Notes: generated by a model from the letters alone, not told the origin. A stretch of DNA of 64,000 nt from Salisapilia sapeloensis CBS 127946 (GCA_023334545.1 JAADVB010000041.1:36500-100499), one strand, 5' to 3'; counted from the stretch's first letter, positions 1 through 13,842 are shown. A program made the numbers and translations.

Positions 1-335
1 ACTTCTATGCTCTCACATTTGTCCATGGCTTGTTCGACGATATTGCTTCCCTTAAGAATATCGTCACCATTGGCAATTGCTACCCCATTGCTTTCGCGTA
101 TAGACTGTGCCACTGTCTCTCCGGCCTTTTGGTTGACATCATTTACGATTACACGGGCTCCTTTAGAGCCCAAGTACTGCGCATACGCTCGACCAAGGCC
201 TTGGCCAGCTCCTGTGACTATGGCGACTGTGTTCAAAGAGACAGGTGACACCGAGACAGTCGAAGGGAGATAAAATTAGTGCTTGAGTATACTCATTTCT
301 TTTGTTATTGCAGTACCTCGGTTGCTAAAGTTCAT
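1..335 (-). CDS. Short-chain dehydrogenase/reductase, 5' part (MFE-2/HSD17B4-like N-terminus); runs off the left edge
   Basis: Exon 317-335 (ATG AAC TTT AGC AAC CGA G), then a GT-AG intron at 227-316, then an exon from 226. The spliced product reads MNFSNRVAIVTGAGQGLGRAYAQYLGSKGARVIVND, containing the TGxxxGxG Rossmann motif. A probable next donor (GTGAGA) lies near position 15. Not in the ORF track. Confidence 0.85.
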
Positions 336-2015
336 GTTCGAGCAAGACGCGAGCGGTCTTTAGATGCAATAAGTTAGTTTGGGTAGAAAGCATTGCCATA
401 ACAACTTATGAGGTAGAGTGCGTGATAAATCTCAAGATGTGAGAATGATTTTCAGTTTGCAGCGAATATTGATATATACTTCAAATGAAAACCATGCTGT
501 GGAATATACCTTTGTATACGCGTATGTGTTGATAAGCTTTGTGTACTTGTCACGCAAAGAGCTAGACTCGATTTGATTGAGCTCCCTTTTCATCAGATCC
601 GGATAAATGTCCTGCAAAGATTACGTAAGCAACCATATCCCTACTGAGTAAAGCTTCAAGTGCATATGTTAGCAAGAGACAGATACGGACCTCTCTTCAA
701 CATCAATTTCTAGGTAGCTGACGACTATCGAGTGTTAAACTTAAGATCATACATCGTTGGAGTCCGACCTAACAGGAGTATCTCCTCTCACAGAAGCCGT
801 TGAACCTTCGAAAGAATCAAGTACATGATGTATGGTGCATGAATATATGTTGTCATTCGAGCTTTTCCATCCGAGTGCACAAGTCGCATTCTATCAGAAA
901 GGAGATCGATTGATGCACAGCGATTCAGCGCATTCTGCTTAATAGAAGTAGGAAAAAGAAATTTTCCATAGCTCCTCGATGCATACATGCAACTAAAGCT
1001 ATGAATTGTACAGACGACAGGTAAGTATCTTGCTACGAGCAAATGATCGTCGAGTGGATGGCTTTGTATCTTCATCACAAAAGAAATTTATAAATGATTT
1101 TATTTAAAAAGATAAACTTTGAATGGCAGCGAAATTGTGCGAATGCTTCTTGAATATTGTGTAGATCATTTATCTCGTTTTCAGAGGTTCGATCTCGACT
1201 ATCCTAGCATGCTGGTTTTTACGATAAATGACCTTGATTCTCAATATGTCGACCATGATAAGCAAGATATATCAAGATGCTTGGTTTATTTTATCCCATC
1301 TATCTAATTTGTTTATGCTTATATTGATGTTACTATTCATTTTCATCTTTCGCTGTCTATTGATACGCCGCCATGGAAATTCCGGTTCACTACAAAAATG
1401 TTAAACTATATATATGGGAAGTACTATTTTTATTCGAGTGAAAGACGGACTGCTGTATTGGACACCAATAGTTTCTAGCTATAGAGGTAGACGCTGCATC
1501 CGAGTACGCATTGGATCCTCTTTAAGCTTTTTAAGACCCCGACGACGCGTGGTCCATTTTTAATCTGATCGAGAGCGCATAGAATACCTCGCGATACGAG
1601 AAGCATGAGAGAGTCATATTTGGTATTCAAGCTGTAGTATTCAAATCCACACGAGTAGTAAAGTGGCGTTGTATCGTACACGCTGTGTGGGATGGAATAA
1701 TTTCCAAATTTTGCTCGAAGGACATACGTACGTGCCTGTGCTTCCGATTATCACAAATAACTACCTGGTCGTTCCAATGACAGAACCAACAGTCTAAATG
1801 AATGCATCTGGAAAAAAATCGGTAGATGTAGACCGCAAAATATAATGGATAAAAGTTGCGTCTGTTCTTCTCTTGGTTAAATTTGACGCGGAAATTATCA
1901 AAATATCAGCCAGGTTATCATTCCAAGTTACCAGGTCTAAAATCCACTGTTGACTGCAGCCAAACCTTACGTCCATTAATTTTACTTTTCACTGCCGGTT
2001 ACACGACCATACTCT

Positions 2016-5000
2016 CTACTTTGCCGATTCCATCTTTGCCGACTTCGCCATCTCCAAATCTACTTTTTGGCATACAACACGCAATTCAGATCGCTGCCAC
2101 TTGTGGCCGTTCCCTCGACTGCAGACAAACGCTTTCATTGTCTCCTCGCAAGCTTTAAGCTTGCTAAGTAAATCCCATAGATCTTTCTGCGCATTCGTTG
2201 AATACCACTTCAAGCCTTTGTACAGCTCACAAGCAGTTGTAGACAGTGTTTCTTGTGGTTGTATCCCAATGTCAGCATCGCCAATACTCAGACGGATGGA
2301 CGACATGAACCTAACGCGACCTACGGCGTTCACAGCATACAATGCCAATCTAGCATTGAAAAATTGATTTTGAGACTTTGTGGGTGGACTCCAAATGTGG
2401 CCTAAGATCGCATGGGCTTCTTGGCCATCCAACAATGCCACCGTATTGTCTCGAAGGGTAATCATTGGGTCAGATATCCAAAGGTGCTTATCTAGCCCCT
2501 TGCATCGATAAGATTTGCGGTATGTGCTCTTCGTTTTAGTCATCATGTGTCGGAAGTTAAGCGTACAACAAAGTCTAGAAAGGTCCCACCGAATCCTGTT
2601 ACCCAATGTAGCTCCGATTCTCCGTGTGAAGAAATATCCGAGCTGCCTGGTGTCAATAAGATACTTGACATCATGTGCGGAGGTTGCTCTTAAAGCTGCT
2701 CAGTAGTCCCAAAGAGCATGTTCGCAGCAGTTCACGGATGACAGGGGTATCTCCGCTTCTTCTTTCTCCTCCCCTTCGACCTGAAACTCAGTCTCTTGAT
2801 TGTTAGAGTGCGAACCTACGACCACTTCGCTATCAAATCCGTACGATCGACCTTTTTCAGCCATGTGTCGAATGATAGCAGGTAAGAGCGACCGATCTCT
2901 AGTTGAAACCTCGGGATACGCCTTACTGACGCTATTCGAAATAACATGAGCAACCTTTTTTTGTTTTGTTTGGATCGTCATATTGGCGTGCGAGACTCCA
3001 CTCATCCTCAATCAACTCTGCACTCTGAGACATACGTGCCCGATTAAAGTGAGCATCATTGCCAGCCCATCCCGTCAATCCATGCACCGCTTCCGATATA
3101 GCGCTAGTCATTACCCATCCCAGAATCTCAAATGTGGAAGATTGCTTTGTGCGAGTCTTGTGTCCGTGCTTTCAAATACTCTCAGTCACCTCTTCCAAAG
3201 CGGCAAAGTGCAGTTGCTGATGGCATCCAAGCTGGCGCAGGCGACCTGCTCCTTGCATAAGCTTATCTTTCGTGATTTCAGGCCCGAGTGTCTGCAATGC
3301 AGATGCCTTCATCTGAAGCTACATGTCGGCTGCGCGCAACCGAGTCTCATCGAAGATCACAAACGTGTCCCTCTCTTGAATCGCAGAGTTACTAAGCCGA
3401 GACAAAAAGTTACGCTCCTTCTCCATCACAACCCGGCAATCGTATCCACATCGGGTGTCAAAGTACGTTACTCCCTTGAAGGAAAACTCATCTCGGTCGG
3501 TGAGGTAGGTAGCAACATCGTGAATAGACACACCAGCTAGCAACGCACTGGTATCAATGATATCATTTTGCGCTTTCTTCAATGCTAAAATGACAACTTC
3601 TTGCCATACGACACAGCTCGAGACGCCATTGCAAATGACTTCGAATCCTTGACTCACTTTCAAAATCAAGGTCAGCATCTTTGAATCCGTACCACACAAC
3701 GACGATTCACTTGGCTCGCATTGCCTGTCGGACAATGGGAGCAAGCGAAGGTTATCCTTCGTGCCAGAAAAGCCCACCACTTGTTCTCCGGCACTAAGAT
3801 TCCATGCTGTGCGCGAGAGTCTTTGCTAATACTGAGCTATATCAGTTAGGAAAGCGTGGTAGTCAAGGAAGGCGTTAATTAGAGGCGTCGAATATCGAGA
3901 AATCTCAATGATCCGTTTTCGCTGGCTTCGACCATTCAGACTGATATAGTCAAAACTTTGCACCTTGGCAAATGTTTCCTGCTTGAGCCCATCTTTGACG
4001 GAATTAAAACATTTGACGTAGTGGTACTTTTGACTGGCCATGCCCAGTCGAATCATGGTCTTGAAGATGCTGATAGCCTCCCTATTTTCTAGTTCATACT
4101 GTTAGTAAGACAACTGCGTCAAGAAGATGCTGACACCCCGTTGACTGAATTCCGATCGGTCACTTGTCAAGCCGGCGACTCGAAATCGAACTGCCAGTCG
4201 CTTCTTGTGGGAGTCTCGTAGTGGCAGTCCATATTCCACACGATGGCGCTTCAGCAGACAGTAATGCAATATCCCGTGCGCTACAAGTCCACAAAGACTT
4301 CGCAACGAGGCCGTAAAATTTGTCAGTTTCTATGCGAGAGCTTCGCCCAGCGCTTCTTGTAAACTTCGAGAAGCATCCATGATGGCGCTTACCAACTTGT
4401 CCTTCGTCTTGGGATTCCCTTTGCCAAATTTTTCGAGCCATAAAAGGTCAGAAGGAGCATGATGGATTATAACCTCTGCTAGCGCACACTTAAAACGCTT
4501 GCTCCAATTATTATCGGACTTCGTCTAGGGTTTATTCGAAGTTCGTTGTATGCTCCGAGTCGATCCCAGTACTCACTCACGATACTGCTTGCGTTGTCTT
4601 GTGCAAGTAGCTGCGATGTTTGAACGCTTCCATTGCTCACGACCACTTAAAGAAGTGCTTGGGCTGCCGTCCATCGATCTGCACTGTTCACAAGCGGAAT
4701 TAGGTGGCCCATGGCGTATACTAAGTGGTACTTGTAATGCAGGAGTGCATCCGATTGATCCAGAATGTCAATATACTATTCTGGACGGAGCAATTCGTAG
4801 ATGAGAGTTACAATCGCTTTCATCTCCCTATCATTAGCGTTAGCATACTCTAGCCGCTTTAGCTTCAACGATAGTCGACGCTCTGGAGCAACCATCATGA
4901 ACCCTCCACCCCGCTTGGTTTCTTTGATCCTTTCTCGCATTGATTCCAGAATACACAATGAAATATCCAAACCACGATTTAAGGGCTGCTCGAAAATGCC

Positions 5001-8000
5001 AATCCAGCGCTACTGGCTGTCCGGTAGCGGTGCATGTAGTGACGCGTTTTGCTGAGGAACAGCGTGAGGAAGTGTGTACGGGCAACTTGGTTCGGCTGAT
5101 GCTCGCTGAAATACAGTAGAAGCATGGGAAGAATGACTCGCGTCTTCCCTCGACCCATGTTGAGCTGACAGATTGGACCTCAGTTCTCGATTAAATGCTT
5201 GGCGTTCACATACTGCCCACGTCGAATCTGGATGCAGCCTTCTACTTCAAATGGCAGCCATAATCGGTGCTCTTTACTGTCCCATTCACGGACACAATGC
5301 AAGTCGTCGATAAAGTGCTGGAGAGACACCAATAGCAAATGCACTCCACGATACTTAAACTGATCCAATTCGTCTTTAAGGACCCACAACTCGCTGAACG
5401 TCATACTGCATGCTAAAAGTTCACGCAATCTTGGTAATTAAGCTTGGGCGCTAGACGCTGAAGTCTTAGCAGATCAAACGAGCGTCGTACGATGTCCACC
5501 GCTATCAACTTGGGTGCGCAGTTTGCACTAGCCAGCAACCGGTCGCGATCACTGCCTTTATCATGTGTGAAAGCTTCACGTAAATAATTCTCCATATCCG
5601 ATCGGTGCGCTCGTACTTTGTCCAGACACTTTCGGACTACTTCTAGAATTTAAGGAAGCTCTACCGAGATCATTAGATGGCCATGATTGTGCCAAGGATA
5701 CCAACTGTCCACTAGCTCTGCTTGCATTTCACGACCCATTTGGCTACGTGCTATTTCAGACACTGGAAACTCTCTAGACTTGCTGTTTACATGCAGGTTC
5801 ACCAATGCAGCCAACTCCTTTTCGACCTCCTTGATAAACGAGTGATCAACAAGTGGTGAAGAAACTGCTAAAGATATCACCTTGCTATGCAGTTTCGACT
5901 TCACACTCGTCATGGCATGACCCAGGATCTTTTGCCTTTTCCGCAAACTGAAGTGACAACGAAGTCAATTACATACTAGAGTCGTGGCTCACATGGCGTG
6001 GTATCAGTCTTTCTGGTCAACGTACCAACATTTTAGGTTATCATTATCCTGCATTCCAGACAAAAACGCATTCCAGTTATTCTCGACGAGTAGATGTTCG
6101 ATATAGATCGGAGTTATGGGCTTTGTGTATCCGAATTTGACCAAATTTTACAACAGGCTCACTTTTATTGATAAGGCCGGCTATTTCGACATACACGCAA
6201 CGTTTGCAACGCTGCTTCCATGCCCATCATGTTAGGCTGAGCATTGGGTAATGATGTGCTTGAACTGGCGTACAACACCGCTAGTTGTAGTCTCACGCAT
6301 ATAAATTCAGCCACAAATGTCTTCAAACGCGGATGCTCATCATATACAACATAGTCAAGCTATGCGTCACAAGCAGTGGGTACTTCGACATCTACCATGC
6401 CATGCGCGCCGATGCACAAAATTCCAGCGGGCACCAGAATCCGCAATTGTGGGGAATTTTAATCCTCACTATCGAACGGTCGAACAACGAGGCATCGCCG
6501 AAATCGGGAAATGCAACCATCAAGCTGCTGATTGGTATCCAATTAGTCTCCTCTAATATTGATCGGCTCCAGCTGACTATGTTTTGACAGCTCGAAACTT
6601 AGATTGTACCGGGGCAGGTCGACTTTGAACGACTTTGCAGGTGTAAGCTTATAGTGCATGAATTCTAGCGACTCAAATTTCCCAAGTGCACCGCACACAC
6701 TCACTTTATCGCGCACCAGTGCGGTGTATGTGTCTCATCTCTTCATCACATCAGACACTGGCCAGTCCTTCTCCGCACGAGGTACTTCATAGCAAAAACT
6801 TTTTCCGTTATTGCCGAACTGTATGATGTAGTAGACAGATCGCTCCAGAGCAGACTTTGGACGAAACACGACGCAGCTTTCATCCACAGAGTACCGATGG
6901 GAATACAGCTCATACAACCGTGGTGGGTACGTACGCTTCAACTTCTTGCGCATATCTCGCTTACAAAGCCGGAACGTGTCACACGAAAAATCTCCAATGT
7001 CGCTCTCTTCGAACAAAAGATCAGTCGCTTCCAAACTCGCAATCTTATTGTAGCGTTTTCCGATACGACGGATTGATCTGAATGTACTCTTGTTCCTTGA
7101 TACTTCAAAGCCACGGTCACCAAAAAGCTCTTGAAATTGTGTCATCTTTCGAGTCTAAGAACGGAAAATTCCAGGCTCGGTACCATTTGTCAACACAATC
7201 CCATTCAGCAGATTGAGAGCATAGTGTGTCATGGATTGTGTGTCATACGCTTCAAAACTTGCCGATAGGTCTTTCGTTGTGTTGGCTCTAGACTCAATGG
7301 CAGTCCACAACAAATCATTTGGTACACTCCCGTTTACGAGTTTCATAAGAGACTTCAGAAACTGAGAGCGTCGACCAATTGATTCATAGAATAGTATATC
7401 CAAATTAGTCGTCCAGTTTATATTGTTTAATACGCAGACGCCGTGACGCGCCAAGATTTCTTCGGTCTCCGCTTTCATTGTCTGAATTGAAGCCCAAAGC
7501 GATGTGTCACCAGAAAACGTTTGGCATTATAGAAGAGCACAATCAACTAACAGATATCATTACATTAGAGAGCGTTTGGCGAACTCGCGGACATACTTAT
7601 AGTAGCGTAACCGTACAAGACACACTCTATTGCGCGTAATTTAGCAACTTCAGTTGCCTTGTAGATCTTCATCGAGGCGCACTCTGCTGGACAAATCTCA
7701 AGCCACTTGTGACACATAGCAACATACTCGCGGACAACCGGAATTGCGCCATCATGGTACTGAGAGAGCCACCCAGTGAGCTCACTCAGCAATGACATCG
7801 ACTTAAAGCTGCGAGATATATGCGATAAGGCCTCTGTCGTGCTCTTGAGTGCGTTCAAGAATACTTCGTATCCATTGTACTTAGTCATATCAAACTTTCT
7901 CAGCACCGCAGATCAATCTTAATTCGATAGCTCACCAACGTGGTAAATAGCTTGCTAAATCACCGCTTTTACTGCCGGATGTTCCCAATGCAGCTTGTTT

Positions 8001-10400
8001 TCCATTACAGCAGCACAAACTTTTCGCATCTGCTGATTCGGAAAAGCTCGCAGGGACCCCATTGCAATAAATGAATGACGCTCAAAATCTTCCTCAGGTA
8101 TCACATCAAACTTTGCATACGGGTAGTTACCACGGCTTCTGCTAACAGACGCATTTATTGTCCATTGAAGCTCCTCGCATGCTTTCAGCATTTCCGGCGT
8201 GAAGTTATTAACCGAGGATTTTCTTGCAATGTTGAACCGGTCGACAAAAGTGCCATCTCCACCTGCCCATTTCAATTCTAATCCGCTTGCCGAAGGGTAC
8301 GAAACACATCGTTCAGTAACATCATCAAGCGCATCTACTTCTTCAATCCAGTGTGGCCCATAGCGATCAGGCTATTCGAGGTTTCAAGAAACGATCTTGA
8401 AAGAATTGGTGTGGAGCGAAAGATGACTATTCGTATTAACGGGACTACGCCAGTCTAGGCTGTACATGGATAATTCACTTAGCGACGAAGCGAGTGATCA
8501 TTAGAGTCCATTCAGAAATGACCGAGTAGCTCAATCACTCGTACAATTTTACGGCAGAGTAGTGCCTGAAATTCCTGGGTTTCCATAGAAGGTAGTGGGT
8601 TAGTGATAAATTGTGGCATTTCTCTCGCATTTCTTATAGCTCTTTCAATATGATATATATTTGCCCTCACTGCATGTAAACTGCTTCGAGCATCATTGAG
8701 TGGCCGGGCTGAGTAACGTCGCTGAGGGTGGGCATAAGGTCGAGCATTGAGCAGATCCTGCTCATTTTGATAGTGCTAGTGAGCATCCGGAAGCTGATCT
8801 TCTGCAGCACCTAATTCGACCTTTGAACACTCGACTTCAGCTTTTTTTCTTGAGAACTTTTTCCCGTTGTTACTTCACACAAGTCTCGATGCCTTGCTTC
8901 ACCTTGAGACGCACTCTATCATTCTCTGGGTCCGTTTCTGCCATTCTCTTGCCAAAGTCCAGCGTCCCATGCAGATAGCTCAAGTGAAAGATTGGATCCT
9001 TGCCATTCGTCCACGAGCGCAAGTACGAAGCCACATCATGAAGGGCAGTAACCGCCTCGTTATCCCGCAGCATGAGATGCTCAAGATCCTTGTAATTCAG
9101 TGCTGCGCTGTAATCTTTCGTAAAGGCCCACTTTCGAGCCACTTGCTGGTGTGTCAGAGCAAACGCAATCCAGCAGACAAGTACATGCCGGCTTATTTGC
9201 TTCATAACATCGACGGGGCTTTCAGACAGCTTCTTATTGGCAGCCCTTTTGTCGAAATGCGATGTGTGGTAATTCACAACATTCAGCAAGTCTTCTGCAG
9301 ATGGACCCTCAGGCGATCCAGAGCTATCACAAACACGCCTGGCTTGGATAAAGGTGTATATTTCAATCGCTCGTAGCACTTGCAGAATACGCGTAGTATC
9401 GGCACACTGCTCGGATGCAATGACGCCTACCCGGGTAAAAAGTTCTTGTATAGTACAAGTCGAACCTTCACAAAGGGTAGAGAACTCCAGCATCGGCAGT
9501 TGTCGAGCTTGTACTTTTTCCAGGTCGGGAGGTGTCAAGTAGATTTCTTGATAGCCGAATTCTTCGAGCTCAAAGTGCTTGAATGCCCATGCAGCTTGTT
9601 ATAAGCTGGCCCCAGTGTGGAGTTTGCCACTTGGAATTAAATCCGATGCGAAAAAGTCTTTTAATGTTATCTAATGTCGAACGGATGTGGCCACATCGCT
9701 CCACGAGTGTTTGTACATTGTAGCCGTCATCATGCAATGATACTCCTTTCATAACAACGCGTTGAATCATTTTTTGACATCTTCCAATAGATCCCAAAGT
9801 GGTGAAGGCTACTCATACATAAACAGGTAAATGAAGTTTGTGTACGTCGAAAACACATGAAGGTCAAACATCAGCATCACTTTATCAAAAAGAGCAACAT
9901 CTCCAGGCAAGCTCTGTTTCACAGCTGCCCATACCAGTGCCTAGGACGTACCACGTACTTGTCCGCTAGTATAAAGGCCAATGTCAGTCGTACCAGCCCG
10001 AGACCCAGAATAGCCACCGATACGACCTAGTAATGGTTTCATCGCTCGCGTTACTAGGTTCGCAATAAGATGCGACGCCTTCTGATGTCCCAAATCATTT
10101 GCTGCTGCATTTCAATGTGACTTGTGGCGATTTTGTACCTCGCCAGCTCTGACCAAAACGCTTTATAAAACTTTTCCAGCGATGAAATCTCGATTGTATC
10201 GCAATCAATCACGGACATCGACTCAGGTACAGCGGATTGGACTGAGCTTGCAGGTGACAGTACATGAACAACACGTTTCCAGCTATCACGATAGACCAGT
10301 CCCACGTCCATATCGAAAACACTAGCCACCTGAGTCTGAATTACACAGCCGTAATCAGGCATCCAAAGCACACACCGAAACCCACTCTATCTTGAGTCTA
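2016..10400 (-). pseudogene. Decayed giant DUF3638/DUF3645 (P-loop NTPase-like) gene
   Basis: Collinear minus-strand fragments with family motifs: VLVCWIAFALTHQ...LNYKDLEHLML (8870-9538); WLPFEVEGCIQIRRGQY (5180-5428) followed by GPICQLNMGRGKTRVILP (~5125-5180); GLVAHGILHYCLLKRHRVEYG...KKRLAV.FR...DRSEFSQ (4102-4305, DUF3645); VGFSGTKDNLRLLPL and ERDTFVIFDETRLRAADM (3319-3780). Many stops and frameshifts. Both ends are approximate. Confidence 0.8.
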
Positions 10401-11088
10401 GAAAGTCGTTCTAAACCTCCGCTTTGGGGCGCAGAAGGTCACAAGCAGCTTTCAAAAGCTGCACTTCGTTCGTCAAGAACTGCGCCACTTGGAGATCACA
10501 ATCACTTAACACTGTATTCTCCACTAAAGCTTCCTTGTCTTCCACTACATCGGGGCCTTCTATCGGCTTAATGGGCTTTACAAATCTTGTAAGATGGCTG
10601 CCAAATACTAGCAAGTTTGAGCTGACTGGTCTCAAGATGGACGACGATGCTGAAGCTGTTCCACAAGCAAAATTAGCTTCGTTATATCCGATTCTGACAC
10701 ATCCATGGCTCAACACGGGTTGTAGACGTTTTCTCGCAGTCCAGGTTTTTTATCGGCTTGACCTCTAGCTCGCAAGTAGCGGAATTGGCCTTTCCAAACA
10801 AAGGACTGACTGCGTTGAAGTTTAGCGGATGATATCGTTGCACGAGGAAGCTTGGACATGCGTGATAGAGTCTCTTCGCAGGTCCAAACACATGCACCGG
10901 GTTGATTAATGGAACTTCTTTAAAGGGATGTAAAAAGTTCATGAAATAAAAGCCGAGTTCGTGCGTTCCAGGCACACCACAAGACCTGTCTTGTTTAAAT
11001 CGACCAAAATATTTTGGATAGAAGTATATCATAACTACAGTTGTACATTTCGAGCTGAGTGGATAGCATAGTGAAGCTTCGTGTAAAG

Positions 11089-11106
11089 ATATATATATAT
11101 ATATAT
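11089..11106. repeat. (AT)9 microsatellite
   Basis: atatatatatatatatat read directly. Confidence 0.95.
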
Positions 11107-11297
11107 CGCGTAGCGTGTCGGCATGGGTGTATCCAGACAACATATGCGGTTTGAAGGAAGCATCATGCACTCGTAGCTATTGCTCAACGTTTGTAAATTA
11201 ACGTTCGAAACTTTTGTAAATGGTGTTTAGAGGAAACCATTTACCTGCCTTTGCACATATCCACTTAAGAATATCCAAAAGATTGGATGTAGTGACT

Positions 11298-13485
11298 TTA
11301 GTCCATGACAGCATGAGAAACCCCTTTAGCTCCGTGATGGTAAAGCTGTTTAATCACGCGATAGTGTCCATGCTTGGCTACCGTTTCACTTTTTAAATTA
11401 AAAATACTCGCTTTGAGTGTCTATGAATATGACGGTAATTGGCTTCTAGAAAAATGTGGGGTAGTTTGCATGTTTCCAAGCCTCGAATATCAATATTCGG
11501 AACAATCAGCTCGAGTGTCTCTCTCGTCATATTGATTGCCGGGTTGAATGGATCAATTGGACAATCCTGTGAACTCGACACGCAAAATGGATTGAAATTC
11601 ACGAGGCTTATGTGATTGCATTCTCCGCTGGCGATTATGCAAGTGTGTAGACTATCGTCTTGATACGAGATTGTTGAGTGAATAGAAATCAAGTCATGTG
11701 ACTGATGTAGTGTCGCTGTTACTGAATAGGTGGCGGCTGAACGGAAATGAAGTATTGCATATTGGTCATTTCGAGATAGCTTTTCCAACATTGGCATGGA
11801 ATCGTTGGTGTTTAGAGCTGATCTCTCCATCGCATAACCTTTTGCCTATGTTTCTGTCCGTATAAAATCGCCTGATGAGTGAATTTCGTGTCGATACACA
11901 TGCTGATCGCTTGCCATTGTCCCTCATGTAGGCTGACTCAAGCACATGAAAGAAACTCTGGTAGAAGAGCTTGCACTGAAAGAAAAGAGTTACGAAAGAA
12001 GATGGTCATCCCTCTGCATACTTCAAACGAAATGGAGTATTCGTATAAATCTATATTTTCCCTGACAGGACTGCCTTGGCGTCTGCAATATTCATCTGAC
12101 ACATCTTGATCATCTATATTACAAGTATCAAACCATAATCTTCTTCCAGATAAAAATGCACATGCAGTCGTACCTTGTGAAGCTGTTTTGTAAGATACTC
12201 GCCAGCTGCATGAGTATGTAAAGTTTGATTTAAGTATTGGACACTCAAGTTCAACTTCTCAATGGCATACAAATAAAACGCCTCCTTCATAAGAACGTTT
12301 CCTTGCTTCATAAGCTCCTGAATCTTTACCAAGCTATCTTGGAGAGAAACGGAAGTCACCTGCACTATGCCACTACCATGTCTTGTATGACCAGTATCCG
12401 AAGGATCTATCAACCATACCACATTCTTCGTAAGCAGGTATGGTCTGAACGTGGCTAAAAGAAAGCTTACTAGGGTCTGATGATGCCTTCGTGATCTTAT
12501 TAGTGCATCTCTCCAATGCAGATGCAGAGTACTCTTCATTTGAATCCTATAAGACATATTGCCTGTAAGCTGTTAAAGAGACATAAAGAGTGATATGATT
12601 ACAAGTTCGACGGCTCGATTGAAATGTACTAGCGCTAGAAGGGTCGCATCTACACGATGAGTTGAGTCTACAGACCATTTGCTTGAATACTCGACTACTT
12701 TGCTTACCCATTCGCTCGAATGCTATTCCACGCAACTTCCATGCTTCTACGCAATGCCCGTGTCGAAGGAGGACTTGTTTCAAGGCATCTGTAGCATCCG
12801 CTAGTCTTTCTCCTTGTAATTCGCAACGGCTGAGTCCCAAATACAGGTCTTTGTACATCGTCTGTAGCATACTGCCAATATCGTTAGCTACACTCGCCTT
12901 GTCTTTAGACGGTGTACTTTTGTCTTTGCAGCATGAATGGCTGTTATGTAGGTCTTCATTCGATTTCGTAGGACAGTTCATGTCCATCTCACGGTCATCC
13001 TGTTGTTCTTGATTTTCTGGAGACGCAAACTTTTTTAAGCGAGGCAAAAGATCTTTTAACTCATCTGCTGCTTCGATTGCTTGTTGCAATAAGCCTCTTG
13101 CCTCTTGTAGATCACCTCCTTTCTCTAGTGCTTTCTCTCCTCGATTACGATTGTCCAAAATCGTTGTCAACAGTTCATGCTTTCTCTGCATGCATGCTGA
13201 TCTTTCTTCCAGCTGCTGAACATCAGCTTCTTTGTTATTTTTGGTACCAACAGTGGTCTTCTGCTTTCTCTTTCTCTTCGCTTTAAGAGCAGCTACTTTG
13301 GCATGCGCAGCCGCCGCCTCAGCTGACCTTTGACTCGACTCGGCAGCTTTTGCTTCTGCAAGTCGTTGTCGCTGCTGCTGTCTACTCTTTTCTTTTTCTT
13401 TCTCCTCTCTTTCTGCCTGTACATCAACTTCTTCTAGCTCCTTATCCACATTAAACCGCTCCCAAGCAGCGTACGATCGCTCCAT
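11298..13485 (-). CDS. Multi-exon coiled-coil/TPR protein; 3' exons uncertain
   Basis: 312-aa ORF from ATG 13485 with a charged coiled coil and TPR-like helices (LADATDALKQVLLRHGHCVEAWKLRGIAFERM), followed by a GTAAGC donor. Downstream ORFs 12114-12557 and 11393-11830 lie on the same strand. An ankyrin-like stretch AKHGHYRVIKQLYHHGAKGVSHAVMD ends at TAA 11298-11300. Confidence 0.55.
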
Positions 13486-13842
13486 GGTCCTCTCGTCGAT
13501 CTTTTAAAGCTTGCGCCTTTTCACAGTATGCACATCCAAATGTGAAAATCAACAAATAGACTCCAATAAAAACTTTTGTATCAAAGATGATACTACTACT
13601 AGGTCCTTGTTAATCAAAGTATCGAAGTAATCAACGGAAAGATAAGAAAACACCCTGTACATCCCTTTTTTCAATCATCCTCTAGTAGCTATTAGAAAGG
13701 CACCGTATTCTTGTAAGAAAGCATGCATGAACTCATCTAGAACTGATCACCGGAAGAGATCAAGCTAAGCTCAGTATGCAAAATACCTAGTCTTTAAACT
13801 TACTTTTTGTATAGCATACAATTCTCCATATGATTATTTTTA

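Noticed and set aside
7-273. Plus-strand ORFs 7-273 and 30-248
   Set aside because: Antisense shadows of the minus-strand SDR exon, which carries a clear TGxxxGxG motif.
1100-1700. Faint piggyBac-like phrase (…HFCSEPEFPWRR…) on the minus strand
   Set aside because: No DDD catalytic motifs, TIRs or TTAA duplication could be identified; too weak to call.
2016-10400. Treating the DUF3638 fragments as many small genes or as one intron-rich intact gene
   Set aside because: In-frame stops fall within or next to conserved motifs, and the breaks lack consistent GT-AG boundaries.
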